Assembly: GCF_009834535.1 (NCBI RefSeq)
Contig: NC_045697.1
Coordinates: 80,416,001 to 80,480,000, forward strand
DNA: 64,000 nucleotides
DNA from: Camelus ferus
Lineage: Eukaryota
Reading direction: 5' to 3'
Of the stretch, positions 1-14,445 are shown in pieces. Within the stretch, counting starts at the first letter, position 1, and every line of letters begins with the position of its first letter. The notes beneath the pieces were generated by a model. It ran no database searches and had not been told where the DNA came from. It saw only the letters and a list, made by a program, of their open reading frames with translations. The translations under genes and the position numbers were made by a program.

Positions 1-448
1 TACAAAAGCCAAACCAAGTGCTAAAGAAAAATATATATACTGAAAAGCTAAGGGTTAAAAAGAAAGGCAAAAATATCCTTCTGGCTTCTCCTCACTTATT
101 ATCACATTATCAAACACTACAAAAGTCAAAACGCAAATGAGAGTTTAAAATTGGCAAACCCATCATAATATCAAATATACATATTATTAAGAATGCCATT
201 TTCCCCTCCAGGTAAATAAATGATATATACTGCAACACTTCTATTCACGTAGTAGAATATTCAAGGTAAACAGCTTACAAAGTAATAAAAAATATTTGAG
301 GGTAAAAATGACCCCACACATTTCTATGTACAATAAAGAAATAAAAATTATAAATATATAATATGTATTCCTTCCTTTATTTGACCCAATTAGAATGTTC
401 AACTTAATGATCATATATAGCTTTTTAGATAAACTCTTAAAAATCCCT

Positions 449-920
449 ACTATTCACAATTGCCAAAAAATGGAAGTAAACTACGTGTCCAACAACAGAT
501 GAATGGATACACAAAATGTGGTATGTACATATAACAGAATATCATTCAGCCTTAAAAAGGAAGGAAGTTGTGACACACACTACAATATGGATGAACCTTG
601 AGGACATCATGCTAAGTATAATAAGCCAGTCACAAAAGGACAAATATGGAATGAGTTCACTTATATGAGGTATCTAGGAGTAATCAGATTCAGAGACAGA
701 AGACAGAATGGTTGCCAGGAGCTGAGGGAGGGGAAAATGAAGAGCTATTATTTAATGGGTATAGAATTTCAGTTAGGGAAGATGAAAATATGCTGGAGAT
801 GGATGGTGGTGATGGTTGCATGACAATGTGAATGTACTTAATGCCACTGACCTAACTGTACACTTAAAATGGTTACAATGGTGGATTTTATGTTATATAC
901 ATTTTACCACAGTTAAAGAA
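449..920 (+). mobile_element. Old L1 (L1MA/MB-type) 3' end fragment
   Basis: Typical L1M 3' UTR blocks: acagatgaatggata..aaaatgtggta, atggatgaaccttgaggacatcatgctaagt, gtacacttaaaatggtta..ttttaccaca. Confidence 0.85.
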
Positions 921-3261
921 GAAACTCTACTTATTACATCTATCTTTCATTCTCCTTTATGCTTTTTTTTAAGGAATAACAGCATTTCCATAATTCTTTA
1001 ATAGTTTGTGTCATCTAGTCAATAAATATCTTCAAAAGGAAGTATTTCTTTACAATAATAATTAAAATTGGAAATAGGTCCAAAATAAAACATCAAGCTC
1101 ACTAATAAATGAGAACATGCACTGAGAAAGAGGGGCAGGAAGATGGCATTTGGGTCAGTGAATCTGGGCAAGGCCTAGAACCACACAGTTGCAATGTATT
1201 ATCTCCATCTGAGAAGCCTTACCAGATGGAATATTTGCACCAAAGACCATGTGCCTTGTCAGTTCCCGCATTATTTCTCACAACTTCAAGTTAGCCTTTC
1301 AAATCACAGAAAGTTAAGCAAATCATCTAAGGTCATCTTGCTGATGCTAAGAATTAAAGTTTCTAACTTTCTATAAAAGAATTGATACATCAGTTTTTAT
1401 ATATCACAGACTCACAAGAATAAGTGACAAATTAAAGTATTTCTTTGAAAATCACTATTGTGAGGAGGAAAAATTTAGTTAGATGAATTAACAAATTAAA
1501 CTCTTATCTATGAAATCACTGTACTTTGTTTTCTGATAGTTTTCACTAAATTAGATCTGAATATACAAGATGGTCTGTACATGTTCCCTTTTAGTCCATC
1601 CTCCACAAATAATAGTTTCATGTGGCTGTTTAAATATACCTATACAAAAACCCACAAGGGAGAAAGAATGTGTGGGAAAGTTAACCAGTCTCACATTTCT
1701 AGTTAACTTACCAACCTGATTTTATTTTTTAATGAAAATAGGATATAGCACAGTAAGTAAATGCAAAATATTTTTTATGTGTTGTCATCCTATTCAGATT
1801 CTGGCAAACATACATGGTACTTTTCATAATCCTTTTTCTCCTTCTTTGGAATTGTGTGTGTGTGTGTATTCACAAAAGACTACATAATGTATGATTCTAT
1901 ATACTTTCATTTAAACCCCATATGAATAAAAATATAATACTAAAATATATAATGAAAAAACATAAGATATTTACTATTTCAAATGCTAAGGCAAACTTTT
2001 CCAATACGAATTTCTCCATGTCACTAAAAATTTCTTGAGAAGAGTTGAGACTGAAAGGCTTAAAAGGCTATTAATAATCCAACCAAGGCCTTAAAATTAA
2101 AAAATTATATGAAAAATGTGAGAGACAATACTTTTTAATTCACTTGGAAATATCCATCAAATTGTAAATATACATGACAATATAGAACCCATCCAACAAA
2201 TATCTTGCCCTAAATGCAAAGTGGGCTTTTTAATGTAGTAAACATAAACATTAACTGTGAATTAGAACATCCTTCCCCCACCAAAAAAAAAAAAGTCTTA
2301 GTTCTTTTCCATTCCTAAAACTGTCCACAGCACTTAGAAGCACAGTACATGGAAATACTCCAACAGAGGGGTTAATCTTGCATTGCCAGATCAAGAAAAT
2401 TCAATGTTGTAAAAGACAACCGAAAGTCATCATTCAAATTTCATGGGAAAGAAAGGCAGCATTTTTAGGCCTTTAATGAACCCTAAATTCACTTTTCAAT
2501 TTAAAAAATGAAAATGGAAACTTCTCACTGATTATGAAGCTAATCTAGGATTTTAGTGAAAGACAACTTCATCCTACTTCTTCTCAGCAGCCCCCAGCCA
2601 CCCTAATCTCTCCCCAGAACAGCTCCCCACCACAAAAAAAATCTAGCAAATTTTATATGAGTGTCCACAGACTAGGGCTAACTGCCACAGCCTGGCAAGT
2701 AATATGCAGAAACAGACACCTCTCCTACAAAGGGGTCACAGGAAGGGTAGGTCTAGTTTAAGAATATTACCACACCTTCTATTCAGCCAAAAGAAAAATA
2801 CCAATTTTCATTAATATTTTAACAAAAATCCATGACACAAATAAAGATCCTGATGCCAGATTCTTTCTAGTAACATTCAAAGTGATACAGGAATAGACAG
2901 GCTGGGCTGGTGATTCTTTGACATGAAACAGATGTTCCTTTCAACTCTGGGCACAGTTAATTTAAAATAATGGTTAAATAAAGAACTTCCTACTTGGTAT
3001 GATATCTCTATTCCTTATACACAAAGGAAAATGGTCATAATTCACTTTCTTATTCTGAAACCCTACTTTCATTTCTTTCTCACACATAAAAATACCTAAA
3101 TTACAATACTTTTCTTACGTATGTGTCACATGCAGATATGTTACAATGCAAATTAATCAGATTAGTAATCAATAATTCTTATAACTACACTATGGGGTAC
3201 TGTTGTTTTTATAAACTATTTTTTATTTCTTGAATATGTGTTTGTGTGTGTACAGTATTTC

Positions 3262-3680
3262 CTCCATTCCTAGGTATATACACAAGATAGATAAAAATAC
3301 AGGTTTATACAAAAAGCTAGGACACAAATGTTCATAGCAGCATTATTTATACTAATAGCCAAAAAGTGGAAAAAAACCCAAAGACCCATCCACTGATGAA
3401 TGGATAAACAAAATGTGGTATATCCACCTAACAGAACATTATTCAGCAATAAAACATGCTACAACATAAATGAATCTTGAAAATATTATGCACAATGAGA
3501 GAAACCAGTCACAAAAGACTACATAATATATGATTATACTTCTATAAAATGTCTAAAATAAACAAATCTATAGAGATAGAAAGTAGACTAGTGGTTGCCT
3601 GGAGTGGGCGAGGGAAGGAGGAAAGGTGGGAATGAGGAAAAACTGCTAATAGGTAAGAGGTTTCTTTGGCAGATGATGAA
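3262..3680 (+). mobile_element. Old L1 (L1MB-type) 3' region fragment
   Basis: attcctaggtatatac..., gttcatagcagcattatt, gatgaatggataaacaaaatgtggtatatcca, aaatctatagagatagaaagtagactagtggttgcc. Confidence 0.8.
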
Positions 3681-4570
3681 TCTCACGTTTAACACATGGA
3701 AACCTGAACTCTCAGTTTCCCATCCCAATCTAATTCTACTCCAGTATCGTCCATCTCAAATATTAGCACCACTATTAGACAGTTGATCTGGCTATAAAAC
3801 TAGTAGTCATGCCTCTTCACTGTCCTTCACACCTCACAATCTTTCCATTAGCAAGTCCTATACTTTTCCAAAAGGTATCCTTCTCACTATCTCTACTGCC
3901 ACCTTCACATCTCCCTTAGACTGCAAGAATCTTCAACCTAGTCTTGTTTTCACTCACATATCCTTTCAATTTATTTTGCACATGGCAGCCAGAGCGATTT
4001 TCTCAAGACAAAATCTGGTTACATCACTTCCCTGCTCCATTTCATCAATATAGCGTACCACGGCTTTCAAAGTAAGATCCAAATTCCTTAACTTTGGCTG
4101 TAAGGCTCTATCTAATCTGTCCTCTGCCCACCTCCCAAGATCGCTGTGTACATCTCTCCTCTTGGCTAATTACACTCCAAATGTGATGACTTTCTTTCTA
4201 TCCCTGTGCAAGCTCATTGTCACCTTGGTCTTTTGGCCCAGAATGTTCTTCTCTCATATTTTCTCATGATTTGCTTCCTCTCATCATTAATGTCTCAGCA
4301 CAAATGTTAACATCCTCAGAGAGGTCTATCCAAAGTAACCCTGCTTGAGGTCACTATTTAACTTATAGTCCTGTTTTATTCACTGCATTGCACTTACCCA
4401 TCCAAATGACTCTTCCAGCCTCTCAAATACCAAGTTTGCTCACATCCTATACCAAGTTCTAGAATCTAGAACTGTGCCTACCCATAGTAGCCGCTCAACC
4501 AAGTTCTAGAATCTGCAAGCGTACCTGCTCATAGTTCAATAAATGAGTGAATGAATGAATGAATGAATGA
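3681..4570 (+). mobile_element. L2 LINE 3' fragment with (TGAA)n tail
   Basis: Pyrimidine-rich L2 body ending tcaataaatgagtgaatgaatgaatgaatgaatga. Confidence 0.75.
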
Positions 4571-6749
4571 TGACTGATATAATGAGGGTAAAATAAGACA
4601 TAAAATCCCTTGGGAACTAGAGAACAAAGTCCAGAACTACATAAACCTCAGCATAAAAGATATCCAGTATTTTCATTTACCAGACAAAAGCCAGTAACTC
4701 AGAAAGGTGAAAAGATGTCTTCTTTTCTAGAACTTAGAAGTCCGAACTCAAGACAATTTTATTTGTGGGCAATCGGGTGGTAGAGGGAAAGAAAAGTAAG
4801 AGTAATTAGATATCAAACATCAACAGTAATAGCAAAGGGAGAAAGAATGGGGAAATGAATAAGGGAAAGGAAAAACATTTTATGTAAAAAGAAAATAATG
4901 AAACATTCTGATTACAACTATCTTAGTAACAATCTTTGGGTTCATTGCCTTTGTAGTGAACTTAGAAACGCAAACTGAAAAATGACACAGGCTTTTAAGA
5001 AAATTATTCAACACACCAATGCTTATGGGAAAACTCATCAAACCAAAAGTCCTTATCATCACAGTGAATGAACTAGAGGTATGCAGATAGGAAAGTAAGC
5101 AAGGCACATAAAAACGAGTATTCATGATAAACCTCACTAAATGTTGGTCATAAAAAATCCAGGATGAACCAGCTATGGCTTTATAATATTTATTCCATAC
5201 TCCTGACATGTAATAATTTTTCTCCACAAGCAGTGCTTTCCATACTGATGAAACTATGTACAAGTCAAACATGAAAAGCTGCCTGTGGAAAACTAAATAA
5301 ATAAATAAAAGCTGCCTGTGGAGTCTTCTGTTTATGTACAGAAATTGAATAAAATTGATAGAAATAAGGAAAATAGCCGATTTAATTTGTGAATTAAAGA
5401 TTCCTCAGACTTCCCTTCCAGGTAGAAAAAGAAATCTGCTACCAAACATTCTAAAATGATGTCATTCTGGCTGTCATTCCTGTAGAATAAAATTTTCTTC
5501 CCAACTCTTTGCCTCCTAACTTCCTTCCCACCACCTCTCCTGCTGGATGCACCCTAGAAAGAACATAATAGAATGACAACAGCAAGGGCTTCTGCTATTA
5601 CCTAGGGTTGGATTTAAATTCTAGCAGTTTGATTGTTACTATCTGTACAAATTAAAGAAAATGAATGTTAAAGAAAGAAACCTTCTTCCTTAAATATTTA
5701 AAAAGTGCCAGATTTCCGGTCGCCTCACCTTTTAAAGCCCTAGGTCCCCAGAGCTCGGGCAGTTTGGGGCTAGATTCAAGGCCATGGTAGCTATACCCAC
5801 TACCACCCACTGCACGATGCTTTTCGTGGCTTCCTCTCTACAATCCCCAAAGACCATCCCAAATCTCTTCTCTCCAAGCTCTCAATCCTGCTTCCATTTC
5901 TCTTCCCAGCTGAACTGTAACTGTATTCTCCATCCCAAATGTCTCAGCACCGTGCTGTCTTCTCACTCTCCTGCTGTCCTCTGTGAGGAAGATTTTTTCC
6001 CAGACTAATCTCTTGTTCCCACTCAGACCCAACAGTCTCCATCACTTGGCCCCATAGTTTTTCCTCTCTTCCCTTACGTTATCAGTCTTTCTATTCTTGA
6101 GTAATCCTGTTTCCTCTTCTGTCAAATAAGCTTCAGTTTTATTTATCACCAAAGTTAATTCCCTTGACCAGGTTAATCCCTGAAATTACTCCTTAGCACT
6201 GTGTCCGTCTCTCTTTTCCTATTTTATTAAACCAGCAAGGTTTTACATGTTATCTCCATTTATTCTTTAATCCCAAGAAAGTTTTTTCTTCTATTCATTT
6301 AGCAAGTATTCATCATATACCATTCTACTTCATGCAGTACACTCAGCTACAATGATGTGGACTTAACAGATGAGCCTGATTCTCATGGTCACTTCCCTAA
6401 CATGACTGAAACTCTGCTATATGGAAAACCAAGGCCTTTTCCCAGTCTTCATTTCTTCCCATTTCTCTGTAACATTGAACATCACACCTGCCATCCCCTC
6501 CTTCGCAAAAATTCTCTCCCTCAGAGTTCAAAGCACTGCATTATTCCTTTCTGACATACCTTTCGCTTCTCTTCAAATAGTTCTATCTCCTCCTCTCATT
6601 CATCAAAATGCAGGTTTCCCTCCACAGCACTGTCCTGGGCTCTTTTTCCTGTCTATCTTTTCTCTCCTTTGTGATCTTTTCCACTAGTACAGGTTTTACC
6701 ATCATCTTTGTGCAGACAAGTCACAAATTGCAGCTAAAATGATTACTGC

Positions 6750-6880
6750 AGTTTTATCGATAAGAAAACCATGGCTTGGAGAAGTTAGGAAGTTTATCCA
6801 AGATCACAAGGACTCGGAAGTGGCAGACACAGGTCTTGAACCTTGCCAGTCTGATTTCAGAGCAGATGCTCTTAACCTAT
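6750..6880 (-). mobile_element. MIR SINE within degraded L2 sequence
   Basis: Reverse MIR core: ttttatcgataagaaaac..gagaagttagg..ccaagatcaca..gaaccttgccagtctgatttcagagc..gctcttaacc. Confidence 0.75.
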
Positions 6881-9128
6881 ACAGTACATGGCACCACTTC
6901 CCAAGTCCCGTTCTTAAGGACCACACTCAATTTTCAATGGTCTCTCAGATGTTTCCACCTGAATATATAGCTTGTACCTTAAACACAAGTCAATTCATCA
7001 TCTTCCTTCATCCAAATCAGTTCTTGATTTTGACTCCTCAATTTGTTATATGAAAATCACAATTTTCCCCATGATTTCAACCTTGAAACCCCAGGCATCC
7101 TTGTGTTCTCACTCCTTTCCCTTTACTGTCCTAAAGTTTCAGAATTTCAGTATCTCACGCTCAATGCCAATCCACCCTGCTTATTCACTGTTGCCAAGTA
7201 ATGTCTTAGAAGCCCTCTTTAATGTGTCTTCACCATATGTAAGACAATATTCTCAACCTGTCAGTCAAAGACCTTTACATCTTTTCAAGCTTTTTTTCCT
7301 GTTTCTCCATCTTTTGTCCAAACATTACATGACTTTCTGCACCTCTATGTCCTTGCCCTTCTTCCTTCCTTCCAGTCATCTTAACTTCTACTCCCTCAAT
7401 GCTTCCTTTCTTGCTTCCACAACTAAATGCCACTACCTGGTACACTGAATGATCTTAATGCATTCTTCTGCTACTCATCTTTATCTCCTCTATAATTATT
7501 TGTGTGTATCTCCTATTCTCCAAGCCAAACAGTAAATTTTTTTTCTGGGAACTGAGCATATTTTATTGTTTTCATGCCTCCCACAGCCTGCTTTTGACAG
7601 GCACAATGCAAATGGGTTCCTTATGCCCAGTGCTAACCTGACTTTCCTTCATCATCAACAGTCGATACAAGCTATTGTATCCTCGTTATTATGTTAAGCT
7701 CCCAAATGTACAGAATCATGCAGATGGAAAGTGAGGTAGGTTTTATTTTCTTTGGGACAAAACAGGATATAAAATGTTTTACAGATAGAACATTTTTATA
7801 GGAATGGGGTTACTGAGCCACAGACCTAGCCAAATTCCAGTCCAGGTAATTTACTCCGTGCTCCCTAAATCTCTCTGCTATTTCAGCTGGGTAATGCTGC
7901 CTCCTGCACTCCCTGGCCCGGGAGGGCATGTGATGTGCACTGTGACAAACAGCTGCAACGTGCCACTCAGGAGGACAGGCCTTACAGCACTGGGCACCGG
8001 AATCCAAGGGTCCTTCACCCACAGTCCACAAGCCCTGTGGGAGTCAGTCAAGAAACATCCTAGATCCTTGAATGAAAGATGTTAAATAAGCATTCGTGTG
8101 GGCTACAAGGATTCTTCAAAACTCATTTCGCACTTCCCTTCCCGCCTCTTCCCCCAAAGCTTGCTACAGGAGTTCTGAATGAAGCATTTACATGCAGGAT
8201 GAAGGAAAAATCACCCTCTCAAAGCTAAGTGCTATTTTTAAAACTGACCCTGTGTGCATTCATTGTATATTTCTAATACTGATATCTCTAAATTTGGATT
8301 TATTTGGTTCAGATTATTCCAAAATATAAAATCTAAAATAGTTTCTTAAAGTTTGCAAAAGGTCAACAAATACTAATTTCACTTGAGAGAGTCATTTTCA
8401 CTTTGAAACAAAGGATTTCAGTGATCCTTTAGCCATCCCTGTGCATGCCTTAGGGTCTTCTCTTCATCAAGTCACTGGCAGAATATAGACACCGTGATTA
8501 TTAGCACTAAATAAAGGATACAATGCTATACATAATCAATAATTGGTTCTGTCAATACAAGATATGATATACATTTCATTTTTTTCCTATCAAATAGACT
8601 TAAGGTTAACAATTAAATTTTGTTTTCCCCTTTCCTGACAGTAAAATACATAGGAAGCAGGAAGCAAGGTCAATCCAAAGAATTTTTTTTCCAAAAATAA
8701 TTTCCAAAGCACATAAATATTAGTGAAAGTAGGCCTCAATCCAATTTACAGGAGACAAATAGTTCTCTGACACCATTTTTTGTTTCCCTTCTCCAACTCT
8801 ACTAGAATGAAAACTGGACTGAAATCAGGAGCTCTACACTCAGGTAACAGGAGTAGACTTTGACCCTGAAATTCTGCTTGCAATCTGGAATTAGGATTTT
8901 TCCCACCCTACTAACTATACCAAACTTGAGTCATTACTTTTGAAGTCAATAGGAGGCCTTCTCCTGTATAAACAAAGCCCTTCCTTGACACCAAAAAAAT
9001 CTACTATAAATTATGTATATACATTGAGTAAAACAATACTTCCCCCTTTAAACAAGTTATAACACTAATAAAACTGGTGGGACCTTACAAATAACAAAAT
9101 TCTATAGATGCTAAGATCCCTTTAAAAC

Positions 9129-9146
9129 GGGGGGGGGGGGGGGGGG
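9129..9146 (+). repeat. Poly-G homopolymer (G18)
   Basis: Direct count. Confidence 0.95.
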
Positions 9147-11874
9147 CAGGTGGAATGCTGTATGGTTAAGCCTAGGTAGGGAGCTAAATATTTAAATTGA
9201 AGTTGTCTTCTAAGGGAATGAGAGACTTTTCCATTATTTAAGTGAAAGGAATAAATGACTATTTTCCAATCAAGAGCTTATGCTAAATTACAAGCAAAAC
9301 GTGCTAAATTACATACATCACAGAATTTACCTGCTAACTTCGCACTTTTCATAAAATAGTATAGTGTATACAAATCTTACTGCTAAGAGTTCTGGGTCCC
9401 TAAATATTTATCATATATGATGTAGTTTGAGAGTCATTTATTCATTCACTTATTCAATAAATATCTGAAAGGTGCCAGGCACTATTCTAGACACTAGGAA
9501 TTCAGGCAATGAATAATGTCGATACCATTTTTAGACATCTTTTGGTTTTAAACCAAAACCTACAAACTTTTTTTATAACAGTCATTAATCTTAAATCACA
9601 ACTGCAGAGACTATGTAGTTTTCTTTGTTATAAATCAAACGTAATTCCCTAGGGCACTTTAAATATCGGGGTTTTTTAAAGAACTCTCTAATTAATCCTT
9701 CTGTCCTTTTATCTTTCACTTAGTCACTCGATTTTTTTTGTACTGCCCCAAAGCTAAATAAAACAAAATGTGAGATAAGAGATAAGAAGCTGTTATTCCT
9801 CTCTTATCAGCTGTTTATCCCTTATGACTCAGAGTTGTAAAATCCCCTCAACCCACCTTATTTAATACCTTCCAACTGATCTTGCTACACTTAATGATTC
9901 ACTGAAAGAAAAAATTTCCATCTCTTTCCATCAGTTTTTGCATGCTTTCATGAAACTTTATACCCAGTAAATTGATCATCAGGCTTAAAAAGTATTTATC
10001 TACTTTTCAGTTCTCTCTTTATTGACTTTTTCTGATTTCCTTGCTTCTCATGATTTTTTAAAAAATAATATCCTATTAAATTACATCTTTTCTATCCATC
10101 TTTAAATTCAAAAGTGGTTATTTTCAAAACCCAGTTCAGACATCAGCTCTTCCAGTAAGTCTTCCCTAAACTTTCAGCAATCCAACAGTTACCTCCTTAT
10201 ACCCAGAATGAGTAAACACTTCCATTGTGACACTCATCAGTCTCTCTGGTAATATGCTTGACTCCATATCCATTTCACCTTGAAATGAAGGACCTTATCT
10301 TTGTACTTTTGTTTATCCAGCACTTAGCAGAGGGTGTGAAATAAGGTTAGTAACCGTTCTTTTGTTAAATTGAAATTGAAATGTAGAATTATGCTCCCCA
10401 AAATTCAGTTTCACTAGCATACTTGTTAGTGTACAAATATTACTGGTGGAAATGTACAACTTCTAGGATGCAATCTAGCCACATTGATCAAGAATTTGAT
10501 AATCCAATCCTCTAATCCATTAATTCCCCTTCATGAATATTTCCTAAGAATCAGAAATATGAAAAAGTTTTACAAACCAATATTTACCATTATGTCATTT
10601 ATAACAGCAAAGAACAAATTTTAAAAAAAACTAGCAACACTAAAACTGATGTTTTTCTCAGTGAAGTGTAATTCAAAGGAATTGTAGTATCACAGAGAAT
10701 TTTAATAATATTAAGCAAAGAAGTAGGACACAAAATTGTATATTTTAGTCTAGTACTCTGACAAATTAAAAAGACAAAAATAAAGAAGACAAAATGCTAA
10801 CAGTGATTGTTTGGGGTAACTGAACTATGAATGTGTCTCCTTTATTTTTTTCTGTATATTCCTCAGATTCTGTAATTAGAATATGTATTTTTTATAATAT
10901 AATAATATAATATTTTATATATAAGTAATATATATGTATAATATAAATAATATTTTTAACCAAATTGGTAATAAATGCATCAGAAGTATGTCCAAAGTGT
11001 ACAATTCTCTAACAAATATGAATATATATGTAACTTTCAATATACAATTTACTTTGCAAAAATAAGATTTATCATAAATGAAGTTTCTACAAAATGGCCA
11101 GAAGGTTCAGCTGAACTAATTTCACAAATCACTTCTGCCCCCATGATCACAGCCTTTACACTGCCATTTAAAAATATAATTGGAATACATTTATGAGAAG
11201 AGCATATTTCCTAATTATATAATATACACTTTAAAGTGCTTTAAAATATGTGTTCTGTTTTAAAGACCTTCCAATATTGAAACAAGTGCACTTTCCAGTC
11301 CTTTTTACCAAGTTTTTGAATTTACGGACACAGTGGTTTTAACAGCTGGCCTCTAACTGCCTTTCCTAGAAAATCATATAATAACTCTAAACAAATAATA
11401 TCCATGATTTGTATATCCAAACTTTATAAATTATCACCAAAATGCTTTTAAAAATGAGTTTGGTTAAAAGATAAGTAAAAAAGTAACCATCTCTGGAGAA
11501 TGAATCAAAAATTTTAAAACCCAAACATGTCAAAGTAATGTAATGTTGACATGAATCTGGCATTACTGAAGTGGTACTGATGACACAAATGTTACCCCTT
11601 GGTATCGAGCCACTTCACTTTACACAGTTAAAGAAAGCAATAAGAATTTGCACATGGTTGCTCAAAAGTTTACTGAATTAAACAAAATTATCTCCAACAA
11701 AGAGTAATTCGTCATCAGAAAACTAATGGAATAAACTGGGAATTATGAATAATTGGGAGTTAATTTATTCAATTAGTGTAAGCTATCTGACACAAAGCTT
11801 CAACTCAGTTTGCATTATTTCATGTGTCAGGGTCTCTCTTTGTTAATCATATGTCTATCTCAAGAGACAGAAAC

Positions 11875-12580
11875 ATTTGCTCATTTGTTCATTTGTCCAC
11901 TCATTCAGCAAACATTAACAAGTATATGCAATACTGTAATTAGCATGCCAGGCACAGATTCAAAGATAAGTTTAAAAATGTCCACAAGATGTTTGAAAAC
12001 TACCACATAAGTAACTGCAATGCAAAGGGAGAAATGTGATAAGCTCCTTAAGGAACATGAAAAAGCTACTCAAAGGATGAAAAAAGGAGTCACATCTGGC
12101 TGGAGAAGGGAAGGAGGGGTGAGAGGAAGTTAGGGACAGCTTCAAGGAGGAGGCAGCACCTGAACTAGGTCTTAAAGGAGAGAGGATTTCAACAGTACTA
12201 GGTGTACTCAATCCATCTGGAGGGTGGAGCCAGACTTTCTTCCTTTGACCATGTTGCTTACTTTGCCTGGGGAACCATTTCTCCCTTTTCTATCAGGCTC
12301 ACTTACCATTCTAAACACAATCTCACACAGAAATCTCTTCAAGAAATCTGTGATACCAACCACCTCTAACCCACATCTACACTGAAAGCCTTGTGCATAC
12401 CTCCATTAGAGCCCTCAAAAGCTACGTATACTGTATTTGCCAGGCTGCCATCCACATTAACAGACTAGGAAGTCCTTGAGGGTAGAGTCTATCTTTCAAG
12501 ACCTCTATCTCCATATCTTATCAAATGCTCAGAACAGTGAGTACTTAGAAGTCTAATGATAAAGTGAATAAATGAATAAA
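11875..12580. mobile_element. Two adjacent L2 fragments in opposite orientation (- about 11875-12200, + about 12240-12580)
   Basis: Left begins with a reverse L2 tail (tcatttgttcatttgtccactcattcagcaaacatt); right ends with a forward L2 tail (agtgaataaatgaataaa). Confidence 0.6.
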
Positions 12581-14244
12581 AACCAGTGCAGCTATCAACT
12601 GGAAAACCTGTGTAGGAAGCTATTCAAAAGAGCTGAAGAGGAAAAGAGTTCAAATTAGAATGGTGAAAAAGAAGAGAAGGAAATGGAGTTGAAATGAGCT
12701 AAGGAAAAGAAAGGAATCAAGCCTGCTGGAAAGCCTGGGGAAATCATGACATCATTCGCAGAAGGGGAACATTGGTGAGTCCCCTGGGGACGTATAGTTT
12801 GGGCCTGAATTACTAATGAACACACTTCAGCAGAAATTCAAGTTATCCAGAGCACAGCCTCCAAAAATCACAGAACTATTTATTTGCCAAAACATCAAAT
12901 TTTAATTTAAACACTAATGCCATAATACGGCATATCTGAAACCTCTATAACTTTCTTATAAGACAGAATAAAAATCTGATTAAATTTCACTTACTGTATT
13001 TATCTTAAGCTAGTTTTACATAACTTACTCTTGACTCCAATGTGTATATATCACAAATGACATTTTTTCAAAAGTAATTTCTTGTTCCTAAAAATATTCC
13101 AAATAATCTAAGCCTTCCCTAAAGGGAGGGGGTAAAATTATATACTAATACGAGAGTTAATACATTTCATAAATTCATACATATACAACTCAAAATGGGA
13201 TACAGTTTACCTAATGAGTGCATAGTTTTTCCACTGGCAACTAATTTATCAACTAAGATCAACCAGTGAATTATAAAATCCCAGAGTACAGGGAAATGAG
13301 AGCTGTCTCTCCTAAAAAAGTTAGGTATATTGATAAATTCTTGGAACAAGGCAAGGGATAGGAATCAGCAAGAGGCACACAAATAGTTTAAAAGGAGAAG
13401 GAATGTTCTAGTTATTAAGTTGGGTGGAAGTTTACTGGGTGTGCATAATTACTGTTTTATAATTAGATATGTATAATTGCATATGTCAAATTTTATGTAA
13501 TAAAAACATTTTAATCCCTATGTAACCTAACAAAAAGTAGTGAACCTCAGGTAGAACAATGAACTGCATATAAAGAATATGTACCAATTTTTTATGTTTA
13601 TCTTTATACTACTAGCTGTTCCTGAGTTATTTTTTCAACAAATCAACTTAATGTTATATTTTTCTTTCGGTTGCCACAACTTTGTGTGAATGTGACACAC
13701 ACAGCAGTGCTGTCTGAGAAGAAACAAAACAAACAACTGTTTTCCACTCTTCTGATTAAAGATGAGCCAGAGAAGGAGAATGGCTCTCCGAGCAGGTTTC
13801 TCTGGGCTTTGGTTAAGGGCTGAGTTTTTCTTTTCAGCAACAAGTAAATTATTTAGAAGTAATCCGACGAATTATTGTTAATCAGTTAACAAACTAAGTT
13901 CACCAAAACATTTCTTCTGTAGTCATTTTCCTACCATTTTAATGAGTTTTCATTACATTGTTTTCCCTAAAAAAAACAAACAAACAAACAAAAAACACCA
14001 AAAGACCTTCTGAATCTTCAGTTTAATCTTATGTTACTGCAGCAATTAAAACACTCTTTTCTCACAAGCTGGAATCCAAGATATATTTTCCCCAAAGAAA
14101 TACTCTATTCCATACATTGCATTGGAAATTTAAAGATGTATAAGGCATAGTTCTTTCTATAAAGGACCCTGAATTTAGTAGGGAGATCAGTCAAGCACAT
14201 ATAGATCTGTACAGAAAGGTTGTAAGCTCTCTGTAACAGCAATC

Positions 14245-14445
14245 AATGGGATGTGATGGTGAAAAGATCCAAGCTTTAGAGCCAGAGAAAACTGGGTTGA
14301 AATTCTTGCCTCTACCATTTACTAACTCTATTTAAAAATGGAGGTAATATTGTCTATCTGGAAAGCTGCAGTGTGGATTAAATAAAGTGTCATAAATATG
14401 TATCTGTCACTTAGAAGGTTCTCTTTAAACAATGGCTATTAACAT
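14245..14445 (+). mobile_element. MIR SINE
   Basis: gctttagagccagagaaaactgggttgaaattcttgcctctaccatttactaact...aaaatggaggtaatattgtctatc. Confidence 0.65.

Noticed and set aside
4880..5272. 130-aa minus-strand ATG ORF in intron 2
   Set aside because: No similarity to CaMKII exon 3 or any family I recognise; composition typical of AT-rich non-coding DNA.
6357..7448. Cluster of plus-strand ORFs up to 158 aa
   Set aside because: They lie in degraded L2/MIR sequence; Ser/Leu/Phe/Pro bias reflects pyrimidine-rich DNA.
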